Part shown: piece after piece, positions 51,085 through 64,000 of the stretch
Position numbering within the stretch: the first letter of the stretch is position 1
Layout of the letters: each line of letters starts with the position of its first letter
Assembly: GCF_963921235.1 (NCBI RefSeq)
Contig: NC_086109.1
Coordinates: 15,564,001-15,628,000, forward strand
Length of the DNA: 64,000 nt
From: Mobula hypostoma
Lineage: Eukaryota
Direction: 5' to 3'
The notes under the pieces: generated by a model
Told to the model about the DNA's origin: nothing
What the model saw: the letters and a program-made list of their open reading frames with translations, nothing else
Database searches by the model: none
Translations under genes and position numbers: made by a program

Positions 51085-51373
51085 GGCTAACGGTAATGTA
51101 GTGGTTAGCACAACGCTTTACAGTACAAGCGATCCGGGTTCAATTCCCACCGCTGCCTGTAAGGAGTTTGCACGTTCTCCCAGTGACCTTGTGGGTTTTC
51201 TCTGGGTGCTTAGGTTTCCTCCCACAGTCAAAAGATGTACTGGTTGGTAGGTTAATTGGTCATTGTAAATTGTCCCATGATTAGGCTGGGGTTAAATCGG
51301 GGGTTGCTGGGTGGTGCAGCCTGAAGGGCTGGAAGGGCCTATTCCAGAATGTATCTCAATATATAAATAAATA
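51085..51373 (+). mobile_element. tRNA-derived V-domain/HE1-like SINE
   Basis: A box GTAGTGGTTAG, B box GGTTCAATTCC, V core, (TAAA)n tail. Confidence 0.8.
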
Positions 51374-53369
51374 ACTTTTAGGGAGCAATTGGTTGCTTTC
51401 GAGATCATCTCATTAAGATTCATCCATGCTATGTGGACTAAGATCATATAGAGAATCTTCTCTCTGAGGGATATTTCTGAGCTAGCTGGGATTTTAGGAC
51501 ACCCCAGAAGCCTTCATGGTCATTTTATTCCCGGAGCTAGCTTACAAATTACCCCTCCTGCGTAATTACTGTTCATATCTTTCAACAGTGAGTTTGCAAA
51601 CAGATGACCATTTGTCATTTCCCTACAGTGAATGCTACTACAGCCAGTCTTTGCACACTGGCTTAACTCCAGACAATTTGTGCCGATCTTCAAGTCAGAG
51701 TCTTTCAATCAATGGGAAGAACTGATTGCTCCAATGCCTTTGTAAGTCTTGCAAAGGTTTCTGACTTTTGGGTGTTTGTTAAATGGAATTCTGAGCACAT
51801 TAGTAAGCGTTGCTTTACTTGGCTGGAGTGTAATGCAAGGTGACAGTTCCCCATTTCTTCAGCAAGTGCCAGCAGAACAATAGCATTCAGATTTGGATTG
51901 AATGGGATGGATCTGAAATCTTTCTGTGTTGCAAGGTTACCCTGCAACCAATGACACACTCAAACTGTGGAAGCCCTAGAAATATTGAGACACACTTGAG
52001 AGAAACCTACAAATATGGACACACTCCTGGAATATTCCGGTGCATAGTAGAATCATAGAGTTATAAAGTATGGAAAAGGCCCTTCAGCCCAACTGGTCCT
52101 TGCTGACTACGATTCCCATCTAACGAATACTATTTACCTACATGTGGTCAATATCCTTCAAAACATTTCCTATCCATGTACCTGTCCAAGTGTCTTTTAA
52201 AAGTTGTTCTAAATGGTACACTCATCCACTTCCTCTGGCAGCTCATTCCGTATACAGACCACCCTCAGGGTGAAAAAGTGGGGAAAAAAATTGTTAAATC
52301 TCTGTCCAGTAACTTAAAATTATGCCCTCTAGTTCTTGATTCCCCAACCCTAGGAGAAAGGCTTCTGTGCATTGATCCTATCTATGCCCCTCAAGATTTT
52401 ATACATTGGCTTACACTCCAGTGCAAACAAGTCCCTATCTGCTCAATCTTACTCTATAACCCCGAGTCCAGCAACACCCTTGTAAACCATCTGTGCTCTT
52501 TCCAGTCTAATGGCATCTTTCCTACAGCAGGGTGACAAATACTGAACAGAATATTCCAGGTATAGCTTCACCAACATCTTGTACACCAGCAACATAGACT
52601 ATCATCAACATGTGCCATGTCGTATGACATGGATGATCATGTTTTATGACCATGATTGTCCTTGGCAAATTTTTCTACAGAGGTGGTTTGCCATTGCCTG
52701 CTCCTGGGCAGTGTCTTTACAGGACAGGTGAGCCCAGCCATCATTAATACTTCTCAGAGATTATCTGCCTGGCGTCAGTGGTCGCATAACCAGGAGTTGT
52801 GTTTTGCACCATCTGCTCATACAACCTTCACGTGTGCCTGATTGGGGGTGGAGGGGGGCTAGGTAGGTGCTACACCTTGCCCAGGGGTGAACTGTAGGCT
52901 AACATAGGTAAGGAGCATCTTATACCTCCTTTGGTAGAGACGCATCTCCACCCCGCCACCCTCACATAGCAACCCAGTCAAAAGCCTTCTTCACATTCAG
53001 TCTACCTGTGATGCCACTTTCAAGGAACCAAGTATATTCCCACCCTGGGAGAAACTAAGTGCCTTAGCGTAAATTTATTACCAGTGCTAGCAACCTGGGT
53101 TCAAGTTCACCAATGTCTGTAAGGAGTTTGTATATTCTCCCTGTGATCGAGTGGGTTTCAGGTTAATAGATTAATGGGTCACATGAGTTCAACTCGGCAG
53201 TACAGGCTCAAAATGGGCCGAGGGCCTGCACCAGCTGCATCTCTAAATAAATGCAAAAATCACACAGCAAGCTTTCCCACTCGAAGACACGATAATGATT
53301 TTTAGCGATAAATTGCACCACGTCGCTATTTATATTTCTTTAACAGGCAGAAGCCTAGCTTCTAAGGCG

Positions 53370-53830
53370 ACGCACACAAAGTGCTGGAGGAACTTGGCAG
53401 GTCAGGCAGCATCTATGGAAATGAATAAGCGGTCAATGTTTCAGGCCGGGACCCTACTTCGGGACTGAGAAGGAAGGGAGCAGAAGCCAGAATAAAAAGG
53501 TTGGTGGGGTGGGGAGGAGAAAGAGGCTAGCTGGAAGGTGATAGATGAGGACAGGTGTGTGGGAAAGGTCAAGGGCTAGAGAAGAAAGAATCTGATAGGC
53601 GAAGAGAGTGGATCATAGAAGAAAGGGAAGGAGGAGAGGACCCAGGGAGAAGTAATGGGCAGGAGAGAAGAAGTAAAAGGTCAGAGTGGGGGACAAAGGA
53701 AGGGGCGGGGAATTTGTTTATTGGAAGGAGAAATTGATATTCAGCAGGTTGGAGGGTACCCAGACAAAATGTATGGTGTTGCTCCTCCACCCAGAGGGTG
53801 GCCTCATCTAGGCACAAGAGTAGGCCATGT
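53370..53830 (-). mobile_element. PLE 3' fragment with degenerate hammerhead
   Basis: DEATLWVEEQHHTFCLGTLQPA; hammerhead remnant at 53430-53467. Confidence 0.7.
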
Positions 53831-54469
53831 GCCCAGCTTCTAATGTCAAATTGACAACACATTTTAACTCCTGTTTGTATAGCCTCTCAAGTGTTAGGTC
53901 TAATTTCTGGTGTGTTCTTACTCTAGTATTTACTGAATATCTTTTTTCTTAGAAGCTGGTGAACACTTTCACCCTTTATTTAGTTCAAAAATCAGCAAAA
54001 ATTGACAAAATAAGAAAATGCTACACATTCCTAATGTTCCTCTGATGGCGGGTCATCGTTTTGCTCCAGGTAATTTGTGCTTATTTTACATTTCTGATTA
54101 AATTTCTGCAGTTACTGACCTAGTAGTATACAAACTGATTGCTTTTATCATTTACTCTCCACCAAGTGCAGTCTGCTGGCATGGATTCTAATAGATTCCA
54201 TTAGACATTGGTTCTGCAGAGAATTTACTTTGCTTTAAGTCCTACGTTTTCAAACTGCCAATGCTAAGACCTTGTGAAAGCTTTCTGGGGTGTACTGCAA
54301 ATACACTGGTATCTTTTCAATCTTTGAATAATTGGTTTATTATTGCTAAATACAGAGAAAAGCTTTTGTTTGCATTGCTGTACAGATAGATATTCCATAC
54401 TGTCAGATGCCCAAGGGGGAAAAAAAATGGCTGGAGTCTCTTAGCACTACGGTGCAAGGGTGTTTATTT

Positions 54470-54755
54470 ATGTTATTTGTTTTTTGAGAGACAGTGCAGA
54501 ACAGGCCCTTTGGCCCTTCGAGCTATGCTGTCCAGCAATCCCCCAATTTAATCCTGAGTCTAATCATGGGACAACTTACAATGACCAATTAACCTACCAA
54601 CCGGTACATCTTTGGACTGTGGGAGGAAACCAGAGCAGCCGGAGGAAACCCAAACGGTCACAGGGAGAACGTGCAAACACCTTACAGGCAGTGGCAGGAA
54701 TTGAACCTGGGTCGCTTGTACTGTTAAGCATTGTGCTAACCCCTATGCTACCATG
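54470..54755 (-). mobile_element. tRNA-derived V-domain/HE1-like SINE
   Basis: Reverse complement of the 51085-51373 family. Confidence 0.75.
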
Positions 54756-55019
54756 AGGCGTCAAAAATCAACCTTATGAGAATTAGCAAATCTAGCGAAG
54801 AGAAAACTGCCAATATTTACAGAAAGGTATCTACTAGAAAACCCAATAATAGCTCCATACTTTGTCCATTGTGAACTCCTGGCAGCCTTGATCTCGCTCT
54901 CTTACTGAGAGCATCAACCTCTATTTATATGGCACAAGGACATGCCATCTTTAATTACCCACAGTTACTTAAGACTACACATGAATTAGAATATAATGCA
55001 CCCCATAATGTAATTACAC

Positions 55020-55496
55020 TGGAACGGGGCTGCATGAGGACATACCCGATCAAAACTTCTCCATGGACGGCTTCCAGAACTTTCAGGCTGAGCGGAAGTG
55101 CACTGAGATCTTTAAGCGTAAAGGAGTTGGGTGCTTACTGTTCTGGTTAACAACAGATGGTGCAATCCGGGTCATATTACGATCGAGGAACGTGTTTGTA
55201 GACCGGATATTGAACTTTTTACTGTTGGACTTCGGCCACATTCCACCGAGATACAACACTGGGCTGGTTGTTCCTGCCTCTGGCCATCGAACTTTGCAGC
55301 TACTCCCGTGGAGGGTCAGACACCCTGAGCCAATAGACTGGTCCTGGACTTATTTCCATCTGGCATAGTTTGCATTTTGTTGTTTGATTGTTTGTGGTTT
55401 TTGTATTGCTATATTTATGCTCTATTCTTGGTTGGTGCGGCTGTAACGAATCCCAATTTCCCTCAGGATCAATAAAGTATATCTATCTATCTATCA
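55020..55496 (+). mobile_element. Internally deleted Rex1/Babar-like element (APE fragment joined to 3' tail)
   Basis: VLVNNRWCNPGHITIEERVCRPDIELFTVGLRP; AATAAAGTAT(ATCT)n tail. Confidence 0.6.
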
Positions 55497-55914
55497 ATCA
55501 TATTACAAAGTAAACAGAAGTATCTACCTTAAATAGAGTATACAAACAACATGTACACATTTACAGATCCCCGCCATGTATGGTGGGAAAGCACCATAGG
55601 ACCAAGTCCGAGTCAAGTGGACATCGGAGGCCCTTAGACAGCCTGTCATAGGATTAGTGGAACATGTGTTGGGGGCGGTGGGGGGGGGGGGTAAGGAGCT
55701 TGTTTTGCTGTTGTTATTTTGTTGCTGTTGCTCTGTTGTTACTGTTTGTGGGTTCTGTGGACATTGAGGGCATGCTGTGTTGGCACTGGAATGTGTGGCA
55801 ACATTTGCGGGCTGCCTTCAGCACATCTTTAGCCTGTTGGTTGTTAGTGCAAATGACACATCTCGCTGTATGTTTCAATGAATAAGTAGATAGATAAATA
55901 GATATAAGTGTAAA

Positions 55915-57240
55915 AAGGGAGGAAAATAGTGAGGTAGAGTTCATGGACTATTCAGAAATCTGATGGAAGAGGGGAAGATACTGTTCCTAAAATGGTGAGT
56001 GTGCTTTTACTCAGGCTTCTGTATCTCACCTCTGATGGTAGTAATGAGAGGAGGACATGTCCAGGTGGTGGGGTTCCTTAATGTGGATGCCACCTTTTTG
56101 AGGCATTGCCCTTGGAAGATGTCCTTGATACTCGGGAGGCTGGTGCCCGTGATGGAGCTGGCTGAGTCTGCAACCTTTTGTAGCTTTTATTGGTCCTAAG
56201 CAGTGGCCCCTCCACAGCAGACAGAGATGCAAGCAGTCAGAAAGTTCTCCACAGTGCACCTGTAGAAATTTGCTGGGGTGTTTGGTGACATACCAAATCT
56301 CTTCAAACTTCTAAGCAACTACAGCTGGCATGCCTTCTTTGTAATTTCATTAATATTTTGGGCATAGGATAAATCTTCAGAGAACTTGAAACTGCTCACC
56401 CTTTCCCCTGCTGATCTTCTTGAGTGAGTAACTTCAAGTTCCTGGGGTCAATACCTCTGAGGATCTATGCTGGACCCAGCATATCGATGCAGCTACAAAG
56501 AATGGATGACAGTGGCTATATTTCATTAGGAGCTTGAGAAGATTCCGTATGTCACCAAAGACATTTACAAGTTTCTACAGATGCACCGTGGAGAGCATTT
56601 TAACTAGCTGCATCACTGTCTGTTATGGTGGGGGGTGGGGACTACTGCACCAGGTTGAAATAAGCTGCAGAGATTTGTAAACTTAGTCAGCTCCATCATG
56701 GGCACTAGCCTCCATAGTCTCTTAATTAAGGGATTAGTCCATCATTAAGGACCCTCATCACCTAGGTCATGCCTTGTACTGATTGCTACCATCAGGAAGT
56801 GGGTACAGGAGCCTGAAGGCACACACTCAGTGATTCAGGAACAGCTTCTTCCCCTCTGCCATCTGATTTATGTTTGGATATTGAACACATGAACACTACC
56901 TCATTACTTTTTTATTTCTATTTTTGCACTACTTGAATTATATATATTATTACTTTATATATTTTATATATATAGTTTTTATATTACTGTAGTATATTCT
57001 TACAGTAATTCACATTTCTCCTATTATTATCTATGCCGCAAAGAAAATAAATTTCACAACATATGCCAGCGATGTTAAACCTGATTCTGATTCTGATCCT
57101 TCAATGATGACCATTGTGTGTTCCCTCAACTCTCCTTCCTGAAGTCCACGATCAGTTCCTTGATCTTACAAATGTTGAGTGCAAGGTTGTCGTTGCGATA
57201 CCACTCTACTAGCTGATCTAACTCACTCCTGTACGCCCTA
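55915..57240. mobile_element. Rex1/Babar-like fragments: plus-strand copy (~56420-57095) nested in a minus-strand copy
   Basis: Homologous segments in opposite orientation; host resumes at ~57096. Confidence 0.65.
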
Positions 57241-59009
57241 TCACTGGGTTTAAATGCTGCAGCTCCTAATTCAACACAATTACCTTCAGGCCAAGGATTG
57301 GGGTAGATCAAGGAACTTACTGAGCACCACCCTCTTGAGCCTAGTTAAGGATGGCAGTAAATGTTGATCTTCTCCATATTCAGTAAGTAAGTGGTAAAAT
57401 TCAATAGTCCAATATTTTCTGTGATGGTAATTAGTATCATCATAACACACCTGTATTGTGGAGACTATTTTACATTGCAAAGGCTTATTTTAGGCCTCGT
57501 TGACAGAACATGTGGCTGGATTTTAATCTGTTACTTTTATGAAGAAGAACTTTATGGAGCAAAGAATCTGTGCAATTGCCAGTTCCCTCTAGGATTATTA
57601 GCAGTCAAGCAAATGCAGAGAAACCATTTTAACCTGAAGCTATAACTGAAGAGGTGATTCTCACGGTCACTGGGACTTTAGCTCTGTTCTTCAACATCCT
57701 AATAGCTTATTCCCACGTTCGGTTTTTGTTGAGTGCTTTGAAAATTTGCATCATTATCTGTTTAAGTACCCACATAGAACAAAACAACGCAGTTGCTGTC
57801 CAAATTAGTGAGTTACATGCGAACGCGATTATGGTCGCACGTGTATCACAGTGGAGATGGGATGGCGCAGGGATACTGCTGGTAGAGCAGCTGCCTCACA
57901 GTGCCAAAGAACTGTCTTCAATCCTGGCCTCAGCTCCTGTCCGAGAAGGCTTTAATATTCTCTGTATGGTTCTCCTCTGCGTGCACTGATTTCCAACCAC
58001 ATCTCAAACACTTGCAGATTGCTAAGTCAATTCAATTCAATTTCATGTTAATTGGCCACTGTACATTCAGTGGCCACATTATTAGGTACACCTGTACACC
58101 TGGTCGTTGATGCAAATATCTAATCAGCCGATCACCTGGCAGTAACTTAATGCGTAAAAGCATGCTGACAGGGACAAGAGGTTCAGTTGTTGCTCAGATC
58201 AAACATTAGACAGGGGAAGAAAGGTGATAGAAACATAGAAACAGAAAATAGGTGCAGGAGTAGGCCATTCGGCCCTTTGAGCCTGCACCGCCATTCAGTA
58301 TGATCATGGCTGATCATCCAACTCAGAACCCTGTACCTGCCTTCTCTCCACACCCCCGATCCCTTTAACTTCCTCTTAAATATAGCCAATGAACTGGCCT
58401 CAACTGTTTTCTGTGGCAGAGAATTCCACAGATTCACCACTCTCTGTATGAAGAAGTTTTTCCTCATCTCAGTCCTAAAAGGCTTCCCATTTATCCTTAA
58501 ACTGCGACCCCTCGTTCTGGACTTCCCCAACATCAGGAACAATCTTTCCTGCATCTAGCCTGTCCAATCCTTTTAAGATTTTATATGTTTCAATAAGATC
58601 ACCCCTCAATCTTCTAAATTCCAGCGTGTATAAGCCTAGTCGATCCAGGTTTTTCATCATATGAAAGTCCTGCCATCCCAGGAATCAATCTGGTGAACCT
58701 TCTTTGTACTCCCTCTATGGCAAGAATGTCTTTCCTCAGATTAGGGGACCAAAACTGCACACAATACTCCAGGTGTGGTCTCTCCAAGGCCTTGTACAAC
58801 TGCAGTAGTACCTCCCTGCTCCTGTACTTGAATCCTCTTGTTATGAATGCCAGCATACCATTCGCTTTTTTCACCGCCTGCTGTACCTGCATGCCCACTT
58901 TCAATGCCTGGTTTATAACGACACCCAGGTCTCGTTGCACCTCCCCTTTTCCTAATCAGCCACCATTCAGATAATAATCTGTTTTCCTGTTTTTGCCACC
59001 AAAGTGGAT

Positions 59010-59150
59010 TGTAATATTTACGTGACTCGGACACCGATGTAGATTGAACAACCAACCTTTATTCACCAGACTTCCATTTTTTAAAACCCTTTTCCGCGTC
59101 CTGATGTCATACACACTCCGATGCTACGAATACTCACACAATACATTACA
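59010..59150 (-). mobile_element. 141-bp 3' LTR of a Gypsy element
   Basis: TGTAAT...ATTACA termini, internal AATAAA, polypurine tract GAGAAGGGGGA immediately upstream (59151-59161, minus). Confidence 0.85.
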
Positions 59151-59409
59151 TCCCCCTTCTCAAGATTTTTTTTAGAACACTGTGAATTACCAAAACAATG
59201 CCTCTAGGTATGCCCTTCTTACAGCGCAACAACTATAACATAAACTAAAAAAATCTTACCTTCTTGTACTGTATTCTGCATTGTATTTTACAATACTAAC
59301 AGCAGTGTATTTTCTTTTACTAACATAGACTAATAAACCTTTTATTTCACACCTTGGAACTTATGACATGTGTGACTTTGCCTCAAACTGTGTGAGACTG
59401 TATGTATGT

Positions 59410-60413
59410 CTAGTCTCTGTATTTAGCTGGAAGTTTGACCTGTCTCCCAGACCGTGTGTGATACAACTGTGACTGTGCTTGTCCTTCACCAGTGTCAGTC
59501 TCTCGACTGACCTCTGTGTCTCTGTGGTCTGCATCACTCTTGGTGTCATTTGTTTCCATGTCTGTATCTGTGGAAATGTCCTGTGCATCTGTACATAGAA
59601 ACTCCCTCTCGCCTGTCTTCAGCAGATGCTTCCTGTTCCTCCTGTAGACTCTTCCATCCGGCATGTGAGCTGTGAAGGATCTTGGTTGCTGATGTCTGTT
59701 CACAACCACAGCTGGTTGCCAAGTGTCCCCTCTCTGTATTCTGACATTTTCACCTGTATGCAGATCTGGCAACTGTCTTGTATGTCTGTCATAGTAGCTC
59801 TTTTGCTTTATTTGCTTGTACCCTTGCTTGTCATGTACTTGAGCATTACCTTCAGAAGTCAGTAGAGTTGTGGATGTTGGCAATTTGGACTTCAGACGAC
59901 ATCCCATCAACAGCTGCGCAGGAGAGAACCCCTCACCCTCAATCGGTGTGTTGCGGTATTCAAGCAGAGCAATGTGAGGGTCACCATTGCTGCTTTGTGC
60001 CTTCTTGAGCATGTTCTTGACAGTTTGTACTGTTCTTTCTGCTTGTTCATTAGACTGAGCGTGCCCTGGACTGGAAGTAACATGTTGAAATTCCCAGCTT
60101 TCTGAGAACCCTCTGAACTCACCACTGGCATATTGTGGACCATCGTCACTAACGACAATATCTGGAATACCCTGTCTTGTGAATGTCGGCTTCATTGCGG
60201 TAATGACACCTCGACTGGACGTGTCACTTAACTTGGTGATCTCCGGATATTTTGAATAGTAGTCCATACAAAGCAGATATTCTGCACCATTGTAGTGAAA
60301 GAGATCTGTGCCAATCTTCTCTCATGGTCTTCCTGGTAGTGGGTGGGGAAGCAGAGGCTCTCTTGGATTGCTGTTTTTGTTTTCATTACAGACAGCACAC
60401 TGAGACACAATGT
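59410..60413 (-). pseudogene. Gypsy/Ty3 integrase, 5'-truncated in the zinc-binding domain
   Basis: CAVC, TDLF, DYYSKYPE, SDDGPQY, SNEQAERTVQ, ALLEYRNTP, SPAQLLMG, YRRNRKHL. Confidence 0.9.
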
Positions 60414-63144
60414 CTCACATTTATCCACATTAAATTGCATCTGCCATGAATTTGCCCACTCACCCAACCTATCCAAGTCACCCTGCATTACTTAGCATCC
60501 TCCTCACAGCTAACACTGCCGCCTAGCTTCGTGTCATCCGCAAACGTGGAGACGCTGCATTTAATTCCCTCATCTAAGTCATTAATATATATAGTAAACA
60601 ACTGGGGTCCCAGCACTGAGCCTTGCGGTACCCCACTAGTCATTGCCTGCCATTCTGAAAAGGCCCCGTTTATTCCCATTCTTTGCTTCCTGTCTGCTAA
60701 CCAATTCTCTATCCACATCAATACCATACCCCCAATACCGTGTGCTTTAAGTTTGCACACTAATCTCCTGTGTGGGACCTTGTCAAAAGCCTTTTGAAAA
60801 TCCAAGTATACCATATCCACTGGTTCTCCCCTATCCACTCTACTAGTTACATCCTCAAAAAATTCTATGAGATTCGTCAGACATGATTTTCCTTTCACAA
60901 ATCCATGCTGACTTTGTCCGATGATTTCACCACTTTCCAAATGTGCTGTTATCACATCTTTGATAACTGACTCTAGCATTTTCCCCACCACTGATGTTAC
61001 GTTAACCGGTCTATAATTCCCCAGTTTCTCCCTCCCTCCTTTTTTAAAAAGTGGGGTTACATTAGCCACCCTCCAATCCTCAGGAACTAGTCCAGAATCT
61101 AAAGAGTTTTGAAAAATTATCACTAATGCATCCACTATTTCTTGGGCTACTTCCTTAAGCACTCTGGGATGCAGACCATCTGGCCCTGGGGATTTATCTG
61201 CCTTTAATCCCTTCAATTTACCTAACACCACTTCCCTACTAATATGTATTTCCCTCAGTTCCTCCATCTCACTAGACCCTCGGTCCCCTACTATTTCCGG
61301 AAGATTATTTATGTCCTCCTCAGTGAAGACAGAACCAAAGTAGTTATTCAACTGGTCCGCCACGTCCTTGTTCCCCATGATCAATTCACCTGTTTCTGAC
61401 TGTAAGGGACCTACATTTGTCTTAATCAATCTTTTTCTTTTCACATATCTATAAAAGCTTTTACAGTCAGTTTTTATGTTCCCTGCCAGTTTTCTCTCAA
61501 AATCTTTTTTCCCTTTCCTAATTAAGCCCTTTGTCCTCCTCTGCTGGACTCTGAATTTCTCCCAGTCCTCAGGTGAGCCACTTTTTCTGGCTAATTTGTA
61601 TGTTTCTTCTTTGGAATTGATACTATCCCTAATTTCCCTTGTCAGCCACGGGTGCACTACCTTCCCTGATTTATTCTTTTGCCAAACTGGGATGAACAAT
61701 TGTTGTAGTTTATCCATGTGATCTTTAAATGCTTGCCATTGCATATCCACCATCAACCCTTTAAGTATCATTTGCCAGTCTATCTTAGCTAATTCACGTC
61801 TCATACCTTCAAAGTTACCCTTCTTTAAGTTCAGAACCTTTGTTTCTTAATTAACTATGTCACTCTCCATCTTAATGAAGAATTCCACCATATTATGGTC
61901 ACTCTTACCCAAGGGGTCTCTCACGACAAGATTGCTAATTAACCCTTCCTCATTGCTCAATACCCAGTCTAGAATGGCCTGCTCTAAGTGACTTAGTGAT
62001 CAAGTGGTGCCAGATGGGTTGATTTGGTATCTCAGAAACTGCTGATCTTCTGGGATTTTCACACACAACAGTCTCTAGAGTTTACAGAGAATGGTGCAAA
62101 AATATAAATAAAAGAGCAGCAGTTCTGTGGGAGAAAATGCTGTGGTAACGAGAGAGGTCAGAAGAGAATGACCAGAGTAGTGCAAGCTGACAGTAACTCA
62201 AATAAGTTTGTGTTACAATAGTGGTATGCAGAAGAGCATCTCTGAGTACACACAAAACATTGAATGTTGAACTGGATGGGCTACAGCATCAGAAAACCAA
62301 AGACCATATGCTCAGTGGCCACTTTATTAGGAACAAGAGGTACCTAATAAGGTGGCCACTGACTGTAAATTACCCCTTGTGTGAGACTAAGCGTTAGGAT
62401 GTTGAATGCATTTGATGAGTATGCACGCAAAAACAAAAAAATTACACTCTCACTCACCCTGTCCTCCCTTAACACATCTCCCCTAATCCCAGCCCTTCCC
62501 TCACACCCCATCTCCACCCCAGCCCTCCCCACATATATACACCCCACAACCCAGCTGACTAACCCCCTCTGCCCCTCCCCTCATTCCAAACCTTCTCCAT
62601 CTCCTGAACCAAGCCCTCCCCAATCCCTGCCCTTCTTCTTCCTGCAGTCTGAGTCATTCAAAGACCACCCTGAATCCAGGAGGTGACTCTTCTTGAAAGA
62701 GTTCTATTAAGGGAAGTGACCACCTCCCTAGCCAGAGTCAGTAATCTAAAACCAATATAGTCAGGATGAACATAATCTAAAGTAAAGCAATAAACATTTG
62801 TCAGACAGCATCTGTAAAGAGAAACAAAGGATAATGTTTCCGGTCATAACTTGTGCCATTGACCTGAAATTGTACCTCTATCCTTCTGCCTCGATGGATG
62901 TTTCCCAACTTAATAAATAGTTCCTGTTTTAATCTGGAAAAGGCCCAGCTCTTGTTTAAATCGGCCTGGTAGAGACATGAGGCATGCAAACTAGTAAGAG
63001 CTCATTCTGAATCCTTAACCGGGCTCAAAAATCTGATGCTTATTAAGTTTTGTGATCTGTCTTTATCCTTGGGCTGAAGGCAGATCATTGATTAGGAATT
63101 CAGTACTTAGACTTGGTGACAATGTAAATATGAAGATATAGTTG

Positions 63145-63410
63145 GGCAGCCTAGTAGCATAGCCATTAAGGCGGTTGCTTTCCTGCACTAGCAATCACTG
63201 TTTCGGGTTCGATTCCCGCTGTTACCCCTCATCCTCCCCGTGCACGTGTGAGTTTCCTCCCCCTTCCATAGATGTACAGGTTAGGGTCAGTGAGATGTGG
63301 GTGTGCTATGTTGCGACACTTGCGGGCTGCCACCAACACAATCCTCGGATGCAGAACAATGCATTTCAGTGTATGCTTTGACGTACATGTGACAAATAAA
63401 GTTAATAAAG
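63145..63410 (+). mobile_element. tRNA-derived SINE
   Basis: B box GGTTCGATTCC; ACATGTGACAAATAAAG tail. Confidence 0.65.
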
Positions 63411-64000
63411 TTGCAGGGTATGGTAGCACAGTGAGAGTCATCATTCCTGTGCTTGATCACTGCCATCCGTGCTGTCAACGGGGAAGCTACAACAGGATTA
63501 CCATTCACCGTCTGCATTCAGAAGTAGCCCTCTGAGGAATATGCCAAGGATGATTTCTTCAGGATGAGGGATATGCAAGGAGAATTGGAAATTCCCTCAT
63601 GCACTTTCATGAGTAACTCCTCCTTTCAGGTTAAGTGCACATCGATAAAAGGTGAAAGGCTTTCCCTTGTATCAGTAAGAGTCTGAATCAAGCTTTTCAG
63701 TGCATCATCCTGACATTTTCAGTTTCTGCATCAAATGTGCTAACATTATCCCTGAGAGATCCTGCACATGATGCCGCATTGATTGATATTTAATTAACAG
63801 CTGTATCCTGTGAATTCATGCCCATTACTAATTTGGTGAGGACTACTAAAAGTTATATTGTTCAAGTCATATTGTGAGCCAACGTCAATCCCATCTGGTT
63901 AACCACAAATGGAATACAAATTTCTAGATGAACTCATTTTACCAGCATGTTCATCTCTTGACTATTTATGACTAAAGTAGATATTTAAAAATATGCTTGC

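Larger units (their letters stand above)
58228..61986 (-). mobile_element. Young CR1 LINE (ORF2 RT, 3' UTR) interrupted by a Gypsy fragment
   Basis: 438-aa ORF 60488..61804 with NYRPV, QHGF, LDFQKAFDKVPH, GVPQGSVLGP and FADD. Confidence 0.95.
58064..62365 (+). mobile_element. Tc1-like MITE split by a CR1 insertion
   Basis: TA-flanked TIRs at 58064 and 62365; MITE body at 58064-58227 and ~61985-62365. Confidence 0.75.

Noticed and set aside
51085..51155. tRNA gene
   Set aside because: A/B boxes belong to a SINE head; no complete cloverleaf
52880..52960. Possible HDV-like P1 pairing at the head of the BovB-like SINE family
   Set aside because: Could not place P2, P3, L3 or a CNRA junction in the required order
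1..64000. CRISPR array, prokaryotic operon or retron-type system
   Set aside because: No regularly spaced repeats; all RT fragments are eukaryotic non-LTR types in vertebrate repeat context

Overview
Eukaryotic, repeat-saturated intergenic or intronic DNA. The repeat repertoire (CR1/HER1-like LINEs with SGNH-esterase ORF1, V-domain/HE1-like SINEs, Rex1/Babar LINEs, Penelope-like elements) suggests a cartilaginous fish, probably a ray; this is inference. I recognise no host protein-coding exon, and all interpretable ORFs are transposon-derived pseudogene fragments (APE/RT, esterase, GIY-YIG, Tc1 HTH, hAT, Gypsy integrase). The main hidden signal is RNA structure: three classes of self-cleaving ribozyme folds sit in three retroelement families. 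(1) An atypical HDV-like fold (CPEB3-type L3 with an inserted hairpin, no P4, ~100-nt J1/2) whose predicted G1 coincides with the TSD-defined 5' end of a 602-bp non-autonomous RTE-like element (14087-14688, minus). (2) A degenerate twister-like motif heading a second RTE-derived short element (~50820-50876). (3) At least 12 minimal hammerhead motifs in Penelope-derived repeats, several in TSD-flanked fold-back mini-elements with two inverted hammerheads. Also present: a TSD-flanked MER1/Charlie3-like hAT element, a one-ended Gypsy insertion with a 141-bp LTR, a solo LTR, and composite MITEs built from 57-70 bp micro-MITEs. Boundaries of old fragments are approximate, and family names come from motif recognition, not database searches.
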